NCBI GenBank assembly: GCA_051362555.1
Contig: CM120640.1
Location: 55,902,788-55,966,787, forward strand
Length of the DNA stretch: 64,000 bases
Source: Lingula anatina
Taxonomy: Eukaryota; Animalia; Brachiopoda
Direction: 5' to 3'
Part shown: positions 63,213-64,000 of the stretch, in pieces
Numbering within the stretch: the stretch's first letter is position 1
Layout: each line of letters begins with the position of its first letter
Position numbers and translations under genes: made by a program
Notes under the pieces: generated by a model
Seen by the model: the letters and a program-made list of their open reading frames with translations, nothing else
Told to the model about the DNA's origin: nothing
Databases searched by the model: none

Positions 63213-64000
63213 GTAAATGAACATAATAATTTTCACTAGTAAAACTTTTATTTTCATAAGAGCTAGTCCATTTTAACTAAATAAATCTCAATTTGTGTTA
63301 AAGTTCTCTTGTAAATTTATCTAAATTGGCTTCAGTATCTCTTACTTAAGAATCACTTTGACATATATTATGTACTTTGTGAATAGTATCTAAAAGTAAC
63401 ACACATACAAATTAATCAAATCCTATAATAATTAAGAAATGTACTTGAAAGAGATTTCCGACTTCTTACAGACATTGGCACTGAAGTTTTCTGACTTCAC
63501 ACAGATATCTGCACTAGCCTGAGGCCTAGAACTAGCTTGCATATCTAAAAAATTGCAATACAGCCCTATATTTATCCAAAAATATTATCTGAAAACTGTT
63601 TGTCCTTTCTGTAAAGTGAAGGAAGATAGCTACACTTCATGTGCCATTGTATCAAATACAATTACATGTAGTAATGGAAAAAAAGTATCCCGAATTTCTT
63701 GTATGTGCAGTAATAGAAAAAAGTACCCCCAACCTTCTGTACATAAGCGATAAGGAGAAATTTATTGCTATGTTAACAACTCGGGACAGCTGAATGTAAT
63801 TCATTTAAGTAGAAATTTTTCCAAACTTGTAGTGGGCCTTGTTAGTGCATAATTAGCATAAATAATTTCTTACACTACATTGCATCATATTTTATCTTCT
63901 GTTGTATTATACTGTTTTTTCCTCTGTAATTAACATATTTCATCTTATCACCACATTCATTAAATGATAATAAAATCTAGACCATTTACAATAATTTACA

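Overview
AT-rich, intron-rich animal genomic DNA, not prokaryotic. It is most consistent with a marine invertebrate such as a mollusc or other lophotrochozoan, but the species cannot be fixed from sequence. I built nine protein-coding genes by hand from GT-AG junctions and reading-frame phase: CHST15-like sulfotransferase (+, 5' end unresolved), RPLP2 (-), MED21 (+), ARL6IP4 (-), LRRC43 (+), an SK/KCNN-type Ca2+-activated K+ channel with an intronless CDS (+), TMEM242 (+), RPGR (-, 20 coding exons) and OTC (+, runs off the window). Six genes form three tight head-to-head pairs: RPLP2/MED21, ARL6IP4/LRRC43 and RPGR/OTC. Repeats include two copies of a Helentron-associated (HINE/DINE-1-like) element, several MITEs or foldbacks, palindromes and microsatellites. 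The most notable points are: (1) the RPGR-OTC head-to-head pair matches human Xp11.4, with near-identical exon sizes; (2) RPGR joins an ORF15-like acidic tail to a CaaL prenylation motif and may have an intronic-polyA isoform without it; (3) the SK channel CDS is intronless and divergent; (4) the three bidirectional promoters share a TCTCGCGAGA-like motif; (5) RPLP2 intron 1 holds a candidate H/ACA snoRNA. Most short ORFs in the supplied track are spurious. I see no evidence of a wholly new multi-gene system. All comparisons to human sequences are from memory and need checking.
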